NCBI GenBank assembly: GCA_048128005.1
Contig: JBEUKZ010000115.1
Span: 186,001 to 250,000 of the forward strand
DNA: 64,000 bases
Source: Veleropilina oligotropha
Taxonomy: Eukaryota
Direction: 5' to 3'
Positions 29,892 through 53,353 of this stretch are shown piece after piece. Position 1 is the first letter of the stretch; each line of letters opens with the position of its first letter. A program made the translations under genes and the position numbers. Below the pieces are notes generated by a model. That model had not been told where the DNA came from. It saw nothing but the letters and a program-made list of their open reading frames with translations, and ran no database searches.

Positions 29892-31460
29892 TCGATTCCC
29901 GTTACCTCCAAAATAATTTGTTTAATTTAAATTTAATGCTAATAATGTGATAAAATTTACACCGCTAAACATTGATACGGTAATCAACCTTTCCTGAATA
30001 TTTCGGGTATATCGCTTAACTATTGTGTTATTGCGAATTATATACTTTGGCAAAATTTGCAAATACAAAAATGTAACACCAAATATAAATAGCCTAAGTT
30101 AGAGGTATTATTTCGACTGTCTGTATGGCATAAACGGTTAGGTCGTTGGGGAAAGATCCGGGGTTAGGTCGTTACCTCCGAAATAACTTTTTTTAATTTT
30201 TATTTATATATGTCTGTATGTATGTCTGTATGTATGTATGTATGTATGTCCATTCGCATAACTCGAAAACTGTTGCTCCGATTTAATTGAACTTTTTACA
30301 CAAGATATGATTTCTTCGTGGCTCGGTCCTCCTCGAAGATGGTCCGGATTGTCCTACGGGTTCGGATTTTATGAAGCAATATACGGTTTAAGGATTTCCG
30401 GCTGTAGCGTTAAAACGCTTCATCGTACCAACTTTAAATTAGGTTCAAAATGTTCTTTAGATCAGGGGTCAATGACAACATGAATTGTATGAAATCTACC
30501 TCACACAAGATGGTCGCCAGGGGAATTTTAAATTTAAAAAATAGGTGATCAAATTATAATTTCGCCAAATCGAATTCAATTGTGTTAATGCGTTATGCAA
30601 ATCATAGTTCTGATGAAATTATATTGAAATCAGCAAAAATATTTTGAAAATAATGTGAAATGTGAACTTTATAAGCATTTTTGAAATCAACGAAAGCAAA
30701 ATGCAAATAAATGCCGTAAATATGTAACCACTGAAACCAGACACCTCAAATTTTAACAAGTGACAGAGTGGGACATTATCTACAATTCTTATCGATATAC
30801 TTTATGTGTTTGAGCGAATTTGTAGCAATAATTTTTGTATCGAAGTTAAAATCATCGAGACGTTGCGATGTGTTTGTTAGCTCTTTAAATACTGCTAACG
30901 CCTTGATATAAATTATACCATTAAGCAAGGATACCGTAATGTACCTATCTTGAAAATTTCAGGTATTTCGCTTTAGTAACTATTGAGTTATTGCGAGCTA
31001 AGTATTGTCAACTTTGACAAAATTTGCAAATACAAAAATCTAACACTAAATATAAATAGCCTAAATTAACAGAAATAATTAGTTATGTCCGTGTAGCCCA
31101 ATCGGTTAAACTGTTGCTGAGTAATCTTGATGTCATGTGATCGAATCCCGTTACGTGTTAAATATTTATTATTTAAGTTTTATTATTGCTTATTTTTTTA
31201 TAATTTGTGATTACATTTTTACGATTGTAATTCATGTCTAGAAATATTGATCGTAGATATTTCTGACTTTCATCGTTCTCTTCATTGGCCCCGTGGCGAG
31301 GGTTTGCAATCTCCTCGGATTGACCTTGGTTTTTTTATAATTTGTGATTACATTTTTATGATTGTAATTCACGTTTAGAAATATTGATCGTAGACATTTC
31401 TGACTTTCACCATCGTCTTCCTTGGCCCCGTGGCGAGGGTTTACAATCTCCTCTGATTGC
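29892..31460 (+). mobile_element. HINE-like repeats (paralogous to 15352-16863) with a duplicated 3' module of about 140 bp
   Basis: Long similarity to 15430-15730 and 16345-16863. Direct duplication of about 31190-31330 at 31330-31460. Confidence 0.7.
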
Positions 31461-31529
31461 TCTTGTTGCCTTTCGTTCGAACAAACCATGCAAATGTCTG
31501 GAAATGGCGTCATATAATCCGATTCCGAC

Positions 31530-33325
31530 CATCTTTTAGGAGTACTGACCGAGTGTAGGGTGAACTCTATCTTGTGGCAAAAATTTATTAAATTGGATCA
31601 ATGGTTGTTGAGATAGAGCCGAAAATCCGCAAACCGGAAATTGCGTCGTATAACCCGTATCCGCTTTCCGAGTTCGATTATATTTTGGCCGTGCCGAGCC
31701 TAGGATGGACCCTATCTTGTATAAACAAATTTGCGTAAATTGGATCAATGGTCGTTGACATAGAGCCGGAAATCTGCAAACCGGAAATTGCGTAATAAAT
31801 TCCGGATCCCCTTTACTATTCGAATCATCTTTTAGGAGGACCGACCCTAGGGTGGATCCTATCTCGTGTAAAACAAAATTGAGTACATATGATTAATGGT
31901 TGTTGAGATATGCTCGCGGACAGACAATCCGCAAACCGGAATTGCGTCATAAAATCCGGATCCGCTTTCCGATTCGGATCATATTTGAGGAGAACAAACA
32001 TTCAGACAGACAAACAGACAGACCCACAAACCGACCAGATTGCAATACAATCCCGAGATTGCAAACCTTCGCCGCTCTCTCCGACCAGTTAGGTACAACT
32101 GTGATTGGTAACTGTGACTTCAGAATCGCCACTCGAGACCAGACGGTCACCCGAACGCCTCTCTTTAAATGGAAGGAGGACTGTAGGGTATCAATATGTA
32201 TTATAAAAAATAAAAGATGACCTAAATTCTGATTCTCATGACATTTTTAAACCAGATATGCACGTATACAGACAGACACTATACGTTGGCGAAGGTAACA
32301 AACCCTCGCAGCCATAACTCCTAATGGTTTGATCTGCTGAATCGGTGTTTTCCTAACAGATACTATTGATCTGATATATTTTGTTCACTTTCTTTGATAT
32401 CATTATCACAGACTGACGGTGTCATTTGTTTCAACACTTCGTATTTATTATAATCTCCTGTCCGAGAATCATTGGCTCCTACTAGTAATCGTACACCGCA
32501 ATAGACAGAAAGCCAAGGTCCCTGAGCTCAATGGAACGAGGTACCAATATATGCGTACATGAGAGCAACACAGAACTCGCAAAACAATCCTAGATTGCAA
32601 ACCTTCGCCCCGATGGCAATGCACAATTTAATTAAAGAAATCTGCAAACCGGAAATTGCGACATAAACTCCGGATCTTCTTTTCGACTCCGATCATCTGT
32701 AATGAGGACCGAGCGCAGACTGAACCCTACATTGTGTAAACAAAAATTAAATCGGCTCAATGGTCGTTGAGTAATGCCGAAAAAGCGGGAACGACAAATT
32801 GCTTCATAAAATCCGGATCCGCTTTCCGACTCCAGTCATTTTTAAGGAGGACCGATCCTAGGGTGGACCCTATCTTGTGTCAAAAAAGTGGATAAATCGG
32901 TTCAATGGTCGCCAAAATATAGCTGGAAATCCGAAAATCAGGAAATTGCGTCTTAAAATCCGGATCCGCTTTCGGATTTCGACCATATTTGAAGAGGACC
33001 GAGCTGAGGGTGGGCTGGGCCATACCGTGTGTGAAAAAATTATATAAATCGGATTAATGGTTGTTGAGATATGCCCGCGGACAGACAATTCGCAACACGG
33101 AAATTGCGTCATAAAATCCGATTTCGCTTTCCGATTCGGATCATCTTTGAGTAGGACCGAGCGTAGGGTGGACCCTATCTCGTGTGCAAATATCGTGTGC
33201 TAATGAGTCAATCGGATCGATGGTTGTTGAGATATATATGCTCGCGGACAGACACACCCACACACACAGACAGACAAACCGACCCTATTGCAATACCTTC
33301 TCCCGCACTACGTGGGCGAAGGTAA
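31530..33325 (-). mobile_element. Two HINE-like elements of the 12400-13330 family
   Basis: Reverse-complement internal repeats and (CAGA)n. Ends GATTGCAAACCTTCGCC and TTGCAATACCTTCTCCC...GGGCGAAGGTAA. Confidence 0.7.
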
Positions 33326-34259
33326 ACATGAGAGACCATGCATACCTTGGTATCAGTTTGTTAAGCCTCAATTGACCTATCTACGTTTAGTTATAAGCAT
33401 TATATAGTGTTTCAAAGGAACTAAGGTGCAATATATTGTGAGAATAATGAATAAATTATGGATGTTGATATTGGGTTTCTTTGGACAACCGTTACTTGCT
33501 AAATAGTGGGTAGCTATATCTAAAGGATGTGTTGACCTAATTTCATTTAACCGCCCTTGCGGCTGATCCGTCGCATCATTTGAAAGATACTTGAACAAAC
33601 GAGAATACGGCCGTCCAATTTTCCACAATAAAATCTAAATAAGATTGTTTAATCAAATTCTTACATTGTTATGATTCTGAATACGAGAATAATGGAAATT
33701 TAATAGGCAAGTTATGTTCAGAAATATCATGTGTTAAAATGCGACATATCCCAATATCATAAACTCTGCATGATTCCAGACAAAACTTGGAACGGAAACT
33801 TACTTTTGGATATTATATATTATATATATATCGGCCACCATTACAAAACAAACTTCTAGTCAGTACAAGTTTTGAATAATGTTCTACAATATTATTTTAT
33901 TGGAAAGTTGTGCCATAGTGGGTGATTTTAATATCCGGATTGATGACTTAACTGCTCTGAAGCGAAACATTTTCCGAAATAATCGAGCTTTTTAATGATA
34001 ATACTAGTACGCTTGATCTTGTCACACAATTCGTAGATGACTTGTGTCAGGAAATCTAAATCTCGGACTGCAATTCTTACCACAGTTGAATTTTATAGTT
34101 AGCATCATTCGAAACTATAAACTTGTAATGCTTTCAAAAGAGTCGTACGCAAAGAGTCCAGCATATAATCGTACGGCAACTCAGGTACCGGTAGATCTCA
34201 TAACCTTTCGGTCATTGATCTTGACACCATTCATTTTCACAGTCCCGATCTCCTTCATC

Positions 34260-34628
34260 TCTCACATATTCCACCATGCTCTTGGCTGTTCACTGCTCAA
34301 TGTCCGAGAATCAAGTTGACCTTGGTTTTCCCTCCACCATTCCTTTCATCACCTTGTACTCGTATCATCATATCAGATTCTTATAGTCTCATCGTCACAT
34401 CTACATTCGCAACTTTCTGCTTACATGTAGCAGTGCCCAAGACTCTACGATAGCCCAGTAGGCGCGCTGCCATCCTCTTTTCCATTTTCTTATTATGCGT
34501 CCATGTTTCGCATCCATACAGCGCGATAGAAATGAACATAGATCTCAAAAGATTAATTTTTATTGGCATCGATATGCTTCTGGCATTCTATAATTAATTC
34601 AGCTTAGCTAGTTGACATGTATAGCTAT
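34260..34628 (-). mobile_element. RTE-clade LINE fragment (3' part; continues at 37746-37945)
   Basis: KINLLRS..IALYGCETWT, an RTE-type C-terminal region. Confidence 0.75.
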
Positions 34629-34689
34629 AATAAATTAAACCATTTTCATGACATCATTATATTGTCTTAGCCCGTGATCTAACTGGCCA

Positions 34690-37600
34690 TATACCCCCAG
34701 TCGGTTAGGGGTTAGAATATGCCGACTGCTCTCTTCCTGCAGAGGGGTAAGATCCCCCCAAATGGGAGCCACCCGCTTGCCGTGGGTGGCGACCCGTGAT
34801 GTTGGAAAAGGGGATCCTGGTAGTTTAGCTTCGGCCTCGGCTGAATCAACACACTACTTTGCCCTCGGATTCAGCTAGACGCGAGGTCAGATAGGCCATA
34901 TCTGATCAATCGGCTTGCCACGCCTTGCCCTGGGATAATATATTTTAATAATATAACATATTTCAATCATAACATTTTATATAACAGATCATATACCATC
35001 AATCGACCTATATCCCTGAAGGCGGTGGCTGAACGGTCAATCAAGTGAGGAATGAATGGTGGGAAGCACACTTCCCACCCCTAATATTCATTCACGTATT
35101 TGAGTATATCACCCGGGTATCCCTGGCATTGGATGCTGGAAATCCGCACCCATTAAATTCCCCCTTGTTGGGCTCCGGGGTGGGCGGGGACCTCGAGTGA
35201 TGAAACATAGCACACATACCATGGCACATAAACCGCACCATAACGCAATGAAAGGCGAACAAACATTTCTGACATTGATTCTGATTCCGATGATGATGCT
35301 AAATTCATGGCAGCTTTCCAGTCTATACCTTATGATCCTGAGAGAGAGACCCCATATCATATCTGCTTAATCCTCCTCCACCTGTACCGGAAAGTTTGCC
35401 CCATTTCTTGACGATCGAGGCACAGAACTCAAATACACCAATTACTTCATTGAGTCCATTCGCTATATCCAAGGCCATCCTCGGCCTTGCAGGCGAACCT
35501 CGATCAGTCAAGAAACTTCGAGATGGCACACTACTGGTGAAATGCGCCAGGAAGAGCCATGCGGAGAATCTCCTTCGTATTGACAATTTTGTCAACATCC
35601 CGGTTGAAGTCAGACCGCATCGGTCTTTGAACAACTCAAATGGAGTAATTAGATCTAAGGACCTGCAGGGATGCAGTGAACCGAACTTCTGGAAGGCATG
35701 AGGAGCCAGGGTGTAACCAAGGTTACACGCCAGACAATGTCCAAGGATGGGAAGAAAGTCCCCATCAACACCATCATCTTGGACTTCCGCCTTCCAGTGC
35801 TTCCTAAATCTGTGAAAGCTGGTTATATTAGCATCCCTGTCGAGCCCTACATCCCAAACCCCTTGAGATGCTTCAAATGCCAGGCATTTGGGCATCACAA
35901 GGAACGATGCAAAAGGAATCCCGCATGTGCTCGTTGTAGCGAGGAGGGTCACGAATCTGACTCTTGCTCCAAGCCACCCCTATGATGTAATTGCATGGGT
36001 AAACATTACGTTCACTCCAAGGACTGTCCGAAGTGGAAGCACGAGAAAGAGATCCAGAGGGTCAAGACTATCGACCGGATCTATTTCCTGGATGCCAGGA
36101 AACTGGTGGAATCCCGCACTACTTCGGGCAGATCCTATGCTGCAATTGCTGCAGCACCGGAGCAAAGGCCAGTCACTCGATCCTCTTCGACGCAAACTGA
36201 CATTATCTGGCCATTTGGCGAAGCATTCTTCGGTACTTTGCCATCTCGAAACAATTTAGCATCATCATCATTAGAATCAACTCAAACATCAAAACCAATC
36301 AAACCTATCAAACCGACCAAACCTTCAAATAAACCTACTCGCAACTCGACAAAAGATAATGCTGCTGTTTCTAAAGCAGCAGTCTCAAAGATAACTAACA
36401 TCAAGCAAGACAGACAGCCCAAAGGGTCCGAGGACGCAATTAAGTTGCATGATCGGTTTAAGCATCTGATGGATACCATCGACCCATCAGATGACCAAAG
36501 CGATCCTGACACTATTCTCAAGGACCTTGTCGCTGACATAGTTGCTGCTGCTACCGAGATGGGTAGGAAGGCAGCAGCAGCACCCAACGTCAAGTTAGAT
36601 CGACAGACTAAGGTGGTGGATGATCAGTTGGACCTGATGACATTCACTACCAATTATTAAAACACTTACCTGAAACATCACTTACAACTCTACTTGCAAT
36701 ATTCAATAATATCTGGAAAACTGGAACCTTCCATCCCTCGTGAAGGGAAGCTACCATTATCCCATTTGCAAAGGCAGAGAAAGACACATCACATCTTAAC
36801 AGTTATCGACCCATAGCCCTGACGAGTTGTATTAGTAAAACCATTCAACGGATGATAAACGAGAGATTAGTTTGGTACTTGGAATCAAATAACTTACTTA
36901 CAGAATACCAAAGTGGGTTCCGGCGCAATCGGAGCACCACAGATCATCTGGTACGTCTGGAAACTTTTGTTCGCGAGGCCTTCGTAAACAGACAACACCT
37001 AGTTGCTGTTTTTTTCGATCTAGAGAAGGCCTACGACACTACTTGGAAGTATGGGATTATGAATGATTTGTTCCATTTTGGACTAAAGGGCAATTTGCTT
37101 ACTTGTATCTCCAAATTCATCGAGGACCGAGTTTTTAAAGTCGATGTGGGTGACACCCTCTCCGATATCAACGACCATGAGATGGGTGTCCGTCAAGGAA
37201 GTATTTTATCAGTCACCCTATTCAGTATTAAGATCAACAGTATCGTCAAATGTATTAGTACTGGCACTGACTGTTCATTATTTGTTAACGATTTTGGCAT
37301 TTGCTATCGTTCAACAAATATGAACAGTATAGAACGTCAGATACAACATGGCCTAAATAAATTACAGATTTTGTCCGATGAGAACGGTTTTAAATTCTCA
37401 AAGGACAAAACTAAATGCACGCACTACTGTCAGCATCGTGAAATTCATGACGACCCAGTTCTGAAACTGGACAATTTCGAAATTCCATTGGTGGACCATG
37501 TTAAATTTTTAGGCCTTATATTTGACCGCAAACTGACTTTCATACCCCATATAAAATACATCAAAACTAAATGTCAGAAAGCTTTGAATTTAATGAAAGT

Positions 37601-37745
37601 AGTTTCTAATACTGAATGGGGTGCTGATAAAACAGTTTTACCACGGCTATATAGATCATTAATTAAATCAAAACTTGATTATGGGAGCATAGTATATGGC
37701 TCTGCTCGTCATTCATATCTTAAAATGCTTGATCCAATCCATAAT
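34690..37745 (+). mobile_element. I-group (Nimb-like) LINE: 5'UTR, ORF1 with three zinc knuckles, partial RT
   Basis: ORF1 has LSPFAI..VKKLRDGTLLV, YIPNPLRCFKCQAFGH, CARCSEEGH and C-x-NC-x-G-x-H, with a frameshift and a stop. The endonuclease region is missing. The RT has YRPIALTSC, QSGFR, FFDLEKAYD, QGSILS and SKLDYGSIVYGSA. 3'-truncated. Confidence 0.9.
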
Positions 37746-37945
37746 CATGACCTTTTCAGGATGCCATTATCCGATGTTACGTCTTCATTCAAAGTTGAAC
37801 CCCAGTACTGAAATGTTTTCACCTCTTCTAAGGTGTTTCCATCCATCATGATCCCCACTGGAATTTCGCTGTTGAGGATGGTTCTACGCGGAGTGGCCAT
37901 CGCTATACTTTTCTCTCCACTGATCTCCATACTACGATACGATAA
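37746..37945 (-). mobile_element. RTE-clade LINE fragment (upstream part of the split element)
   Basis: MEISGEKS...DGNTLEEVKTFQYWGSTL..EDVTSDNGILKR. Confidence 0.75.
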
Positions 37946-38309
37946 CTAGTCGGCCGAATATTCACCGCCATTAAGATTTGGAGAAACAGAAACGCAGACG
38001 CCTTGAAAAGCACGCAAGAACATCTATGCTACATTTTGAGAAGGAAATATTCAGTCTGAAACTGTAGTAAGTATGATTCCAAGTTCATTGCCAGATCACT
38101 TCATGAGAAAGATAGACAAAACTTCAAAGCAAGACATCAACATTAGATTCGCCCCAATGCTTCAACTCTCGTCTTCCTCACGTGATTGCGATAATGGATT
38201 CTTCATATTATTGGTGCATGCATATTTCCGTTTGATTTTAAAACAAAATCTATAAAACTAATATTGATTAGATTATATAGAATAGATTAAATATAATTTG
38301 TTTGGGTTT

Positions 38310-38540
38310 AGAAAGAGCATTATTGTCACTCATATAAAAACCCATTGAAGTTGTCTTGTCCTCTATAACCTGCTCTGCTTCTTAAAATGCTCATCTAGGC
38401 GATTTTTAAATTGGTTTACAGGTGTCGATTCCACTACATTATTAGGAAGAGCATTCCATTCATCGACAACCCGATTTGAGAAAAAGTGTTTTCTAACGTC
38501 AAGTCGGAATCGCTTTTTGTAAATATTGTATTGATGTCCC
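38310..38540 (-). mobile_element. CR1 LINE 3'-end fragment
   Basis: The minus strand reads VRKHFFSNRVVDEWNALPNNVVE...FKNRLDEHF. Confidence 0.8.
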
Positions 38541-38849
38541 CTGGTATGTCTTTTTATTACATGCCAGTCTATTCACGCGCAGTTTTCCGAGACCCTGTAT
38601 CACGGACACAGCTGATATCGATTCAGAAAACGTCTCCTGCTTATATATGCACAGGAAAACGCCTCCTGCTTATATATTCAAAATGGCTGACAAATCGTAG
38701 GAACTACTTCCAATATAGTCATATACTATTTCAACCCCCCTTACAGATTCGTGACTAAAATTACCATAATCTTTCGATTCAATTTAATAAGAAACTTGTT
38801 GTGGCATATAATAAAAATGTTATCAGTTATTGTGTGGATTCTGGTACAT

Positions 38850-38953
38850 CGGAAACCTCTCGTGACATCGTAGTTTTGATGCGAATAAATCGCTCGAACT
38901 TCGTTCTCGCGACTAATCCGCCGCAAAAACTACGACGTCACTCGAGGTTTCCG
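38850..38953. repeat. Long DNA hairpin of the CTCG-stem-TTC-stem-CTCG class
   Basis: Arms CGGAAACCTC..GTGAC / GTCAC..GAGGTTTCCG with apex CTCG AAC TTC GTT CTCG. A partial copy is at about 53443-53492. Confidence 0.8.
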
Positions 38954-39475
38954 TCTCAAAGATAATATTGTGAGGTTCAGTGCTCTTAGTCTGTCCTCAT
39001 ATGGTAACTCCCTTAATGCTCCTATCAATTTTGTGATAGACGCAGATAACCTTAGCAATTACAGATCTATTTTGAATCTTCCATTTTTAGTCAATGTTAT
39101 TGGGAAGGCTCGTTTTGGCGCGCATTATATCGCATATATACATGATGAGAAGCGTTTTGGTAAATGCAGTCTGCATACATCAGACACTGCCCCATCAGAA
39201 TCATCTAATTACAAATATACTGGAGTCAAGTTTAGTTTTAATGGAATATTGCGTCCGAGTTAACAGGAGTGCTTTCCCCTACTGTCTATACGTACTAGTA
39301 TCTGTTCTCAGCAGATAGTATTATAGCGTAGTTTTTATGCTATCAATTGCATACCCTTCTGTAAATGCATAACGAAATTACTTACGAGAGTATATACATC
39401 TATTGAGAATTAATTATTGGTAGAATACATTTCTTTATGAAACTTAGCTATTAGAGAATAGACTAAATCTGATGG

Positions 39476-39719
39476 GACAGCTCCGACAGTCGTGTGGTTT
39501 CAGTTGCAGACTTCGACAATTCACCGCCTTGATTTCGCTGATACGACTTGGGTCTTGATATTATTTGTTCAAGTTATGAATCACAGTTGCCCGTAACTGG
39601 TCGAAAATGGCGGGTTTCCCGAGCGACAGGTCTTTCTTTCCGCGAGAATATGGACATATCCTGCTTTAAACCTGATGGTTGGAAATATACAAGACATTAA
39701 GCATCGATCCTTTCCGTTT
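39476..39719 (+). mobile_element. tRNA-derived SINE
   Basis: Family body (TTTGTTCAAGTTATGAATCACAGTTG...) flanked by the TSD TAAATCTGAT. Confidence 0.85.
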
Positions 39720-40890
39720 TAAATCTGATCGGTTTGATACTTGAAACAAATAAATTCTATCATATGCATAGTTTCACTCGCAAAAACTCATGGAGAGTCC
39801 CGAGCTCTTAGTTGTGTTTCATTGTTCACATTAGGTAGTTCTATACCTGAATAATAAAACTACATTGGTGTATGTGCAAATATTTTATACGCCACTTGGT
39901 ATATATGTCGTAGAAAGTCAAGTGCAGATGTCTTTATGTCTCTCGTTAGAATTTGGTTATTCTGGTGATAGAGCTCGGTGTGGGTTCAACACTTGACTGA
40001 TGCACAGTAGGCTACATATTAATTTTATAAGTCACTTTAAACTATCGAATTGAACATGGATGCAATCTCACAATCTCCTAGATATTTTCCAAAACAATCG
40101 ACTTTAACAACTATAAAACCTTGCTTTACGTCAGTAATTTTTTGTAAAGTCTACTCTATAATTGTAATGAACACGTTACAGTAGACACCGATGCCTTATT
40201 CAAATGCGTGTACCAGAGGACTCGGTAACTTTACTATGACACAATCTAACAGAATTCGATTCCCGGTAATCTGTCTCAAGTAATTAGTCTTCTTTGCACA
40301 CATTATCGGTCTATTTTAATAGAAACGTTCTATCGGGACCGTGACTACAATACGATTGCAATAATGGTTACAATGTGATCGTAAAAGTAACGGATTCAAA
40401 TTACATCATCTAACCTATTGCTTTATTTTTATAAATTTGACACATTGTAAATTTCTGGATTCAGAAATGAACCTAGTTTACCGTATCGGATCAATCATTC
40501 GTATTCTCGTCATGTTCCCGCTGATATTGCGACGCATGCATGGTATATTTATTTATGGTCACATATATAAATGGCTTTAATAGTTGTATACATATATAGA
40601 CCATCATCAATATTCAGCTACTGTACATCTGCTCTCGGATCCCACAATAATGTCCGTCCACTGCAAGATATTATGCCGAACTTGAAATACTACTTTTACA
40701 TGCAGAGTCTGAGACTGATACGGATTTTTGTCATGTGGGCTTCGATATATTCTAAGCGAACAAGATAAACGTTCGTAGGCAGGAGACGTTGCGAGGCAGG
40801 ATAATATTTGTATTTTCTCACGACATTTGCAACTTACAAATTATTCAAAGTGGAAAATAAATTGAAAGTCTGAAATTATATATCTATATA

Positions 40891-41158
<268 letters not shown>

Positions 41159-42047
41159 GACGATACTTCATGGAGATTCTTTTGTTACAAAACTGTGTCT
41201 ATCTTTGATATTCACTTTTAGCGTGGTATATGAAAACAATGGGCTGATGTTCACGCGTCGTTTATTAGACAAACCTGAACAATGAAATGTGATAATTTTC
41301 AACAGGCGGCTGTGGTGGTCAGGGTCAAAGATTATAGTGGTCTGCTGAGTACGATCTCATACTCTGGTGACTGTTTCGTACTCAAATCAACACTCTTGAT
41401 CATTGCAGAGTCTGAGCTGAGTTTCATATGAGTCTTTATAATCTTGAGGCCCAGGTCTCCATTTGACCAGTTTAAAATGCTTATTTACAGTATATTTTAA
41501 GAATATTTGAGGCTAAAATTGTATATTATATCAAGCAAAAGGATGATACAATTCATGATCACTTTATATTGTATTTACACATTTAAATGAAAATTCGCAG
41601 AGCATGACATGAAAACATGGGCGGATATAATTTTAATCAAACGGGTGGGTTCCAGACATCCAGTCATCCACTTTTTTACCAATCACAAATTTGATGGTCA
41701 AAATTATCGCGTTTTACACTGTCAGAATGTAGGAGAGGTATTTCACACCGTTAATTGTCAACTTTTTTCACAGCTGATAGTATAATTCATAAAAGTTGGA
41801 CACTCACATTCTCCAAATCCTGCATCTGCCCCTGTGAAAAACAGTAAATCGTAACAAATATCATACCTATACCTGCAAATAATGGGTGGACTTCACTGCA
41901 TTCTTCGGAGAAGTAACATCATCTTGGAAGTCTAAATCCAACAACTCACAGTCAAATCTCTAAATTTGGAAAAGTCCTACATCGTTTTCGTCTCTTACAT
42001 GAAAAAATACCTAATATAAATTATTGTTCTACTGTATCGCCTAAATC

Positions 42048-42224
42048 GGTTAGACCATGTAACTCGTGAATATGTTGGATAGACACAGTTTTCCACCGTT
42101 GATTAAGTGTGAAATCGGATCATTGCACTCGTGCTTCGCACTCGAACAATGGTCCGATTTCACACTTAATCAACGATGAAAAACTGTGTCTATCCAACAT
42201 ATACACTCTTTAGCATGATCTAAC
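42048..42224. repeat. Long DNA hairpin of the CTCG-stem-TTC-stem-CTCG class
   Basis: Near-perfect arms at 42071-42201 (TATGTTGGATAGACACAG... / ...CTGTGTCTATCCAACATA) with apex CTCG TGC TTC GCA CTCG. Confidence 0.9.
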
Positions 42225-42225
42225 C

Positions 42226-42447
<222 letters not shown>

Positions 42448-43250
42448 ACAGCTAATGGTAGAGCGTGTCACAAAAGGTCATTTTCCATTGTGTACACACG
42501 TATGACTATTTTTTACTATTTGCGATTACCCGGTCAGAAAAACATGGCCAAGGTCAAGGGAAAATACTGCAACTAACGACCAATATTTAATTGAAATAAT
42601 AGGTGCAGACATCTAGGTAAGATCGTTTAACTACCGAAAGTTATAGCATACAAAATTCAATGTACATGATATAAGTTTGCAATTAGTTTCCGCTATTCAC
42701 AAGGTGTCCATTTCATTTCATTCACGGCCGCCATCTTAACGTCGCTTCGAACTGATCGTAGATGGAAATTAACATGTTAACATTGTATTTAAAAAATAAT
42801 AATATGAAAACGTGTTTATATTTGTTACCGTATACAAAGCCGTCAAATTTGTCATGATTATGATGTTGTATAATTATGTACGTTGACGAAATATAGTCGG
42901 CAGCAGACGACACGTACCTCGCTTCAAACTGGATAACGAAATCGACACCCAACCTCACGCTTGTTTAATGTTATTTGAATAGAGCTTGTTGGAGTAGTAT
43001 AATATTGAAATATAAGCGACATTAGTTCATTTCATAACCGCATTTGTTGCTATGTATAGTTAATAGAGTAGAGGAACGGAGTTATTTTTAACACTCATTG
43101 GCACTTTGAACAATCAATTTACAAATTTACCCTAGGAAATATTACTACGCCGCATAATTATGTCAGTAGTATTATGTTAGAACGTGACAGCAAAATTAAA
43201 AACAACGTTGTACAGCTCTTTTCTTTATATGTTTGAGATATATGAAACAG

Positions 43251-43386
43251 AATCTCACATTCGTGGTCATTTAATATCACATTTATGAAACTCGTTAACT
43301 AATTGTCATATTTTCCTCGTTAAAACCTCGGAAAATATGAAACTCGTTTCATAAATGTGATATTAAATGACCACTCATGTGAGATC
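43251..43386. repeat. Long DNA hairpin related to 14241-14370
   Basis: ATCTCACAT..GTGGTCATTTAATATCACATTTATGAAA CTCG ... CTCG TTTCATAAATGTGATATTAAATGACCAC..ATGTGAGAT. Confidence 0.85.
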
Positions 43387-43390
43387 CCCT

Positions 43391-43589
<199 letters not shown>

Positions 43590-44368
43590 TACATATTACT
43601 GACCTGGTTAAACTACACGTCTTCCCCTTCAAGAGGTTAATATTTCGGTTCGGTTTTGCCGTAATTTATCCGACTTTTAGGGGGAGAATCCTTAACTAAT
43701 AATTTAAATTAAATTCATATACTCGTTACCATATTACTGCTATAAGATCTTCAAATATCCAGTTAATTTTGTTGCAGTTGACGTGAAGTTGTGTATATAG
43801 GCCCTACTTAGTGGAACTTGACATTGGGTGTCATTTGTAAACATAATGAAAATCAGTGTTATCACACGGCATGTCGTAAGATACGAAAATACGACATAAT
43901 GGTGTTATTTCATATCCACACCCGAACTGTGTTATACCGGATCGTTTAGTCATTTTACCATACAAATGTTCAATTGTTGCAAAGAAAGAATCACGCAAAA
44001 CCATTACCATATGTATCATACTGTATTTATTTTATAAATACTGTAGTAGGCATCACATTTCAAAAGCACTCCAAAATACATATTCTATCCCAAATGCCCG
44101 AAATAATTCAACAATTTCAATAGTCATCTTAATACAAAACGACAACATTCATAACATACATTTTGAATGTTCCGTTGTATACGATATGTGTAATGTATAC
44201 ATATATTACTGTGATCAAAATTTGACTGTAACATACATGTGCTGATCGTGTGCAGCATATATAACACGTGCGAATCCGCGCAAGACCTCTGCATGTGAAC
44301 CTGAGCGATGTGCATGTTCAGTATATAATATATGTGATTGTCCGATGCACCGGCGCGTCTCTCGTCTG

Positions 44369-53189
<8,821 letters not shown>

Positions 53190-53336
53190 GGTTATCAGGA
53201 CATCGGGAACTGTCTATAGACTTTCAATCTGACAGTCTGATCAGGCTTATGACTGCCCCGCCCCTTTTATTTATGGACCAATGATTGTCGATTATAAATA
53301 AAACGTCACTTCCTTTTTAGCACATGGACATCAAGC
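53190..53336. promoter_or_regulatory. Probable bidirectional promoter between CDA and NOC2L
   Basis: 147 bp between divergent ATGs. GC box GCCCCGCCCC at 53255-53264, CCAAT at 53278-53282, and a CRE-half/ETS composite ACGTCACTTCC at 53303-53313. Confidence 0.75.
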
Positions 53337-53353
53337 ATGGCGGAGAAAAAAAG
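53337..53353 (+). CDS. NOC2L: NOC2L exon 1 (MAEKK)
   Basis: AGCATGGCG start context; AG|GTAACC donor, phase 2. Confidence 0.8.

Noticed and set aside
34690..34770. HDV-like or twister ribozyme at the LINE 5' end
   Set aside because: The pairing order and catalytic residues could not be matched; kept only as a possible pseudoknot.
43831..43927. Alternative CDA last exon starting ACAG|FGCGY
   Set aside because: No deaminase similarity after FG; 44464-44369 fits much better.
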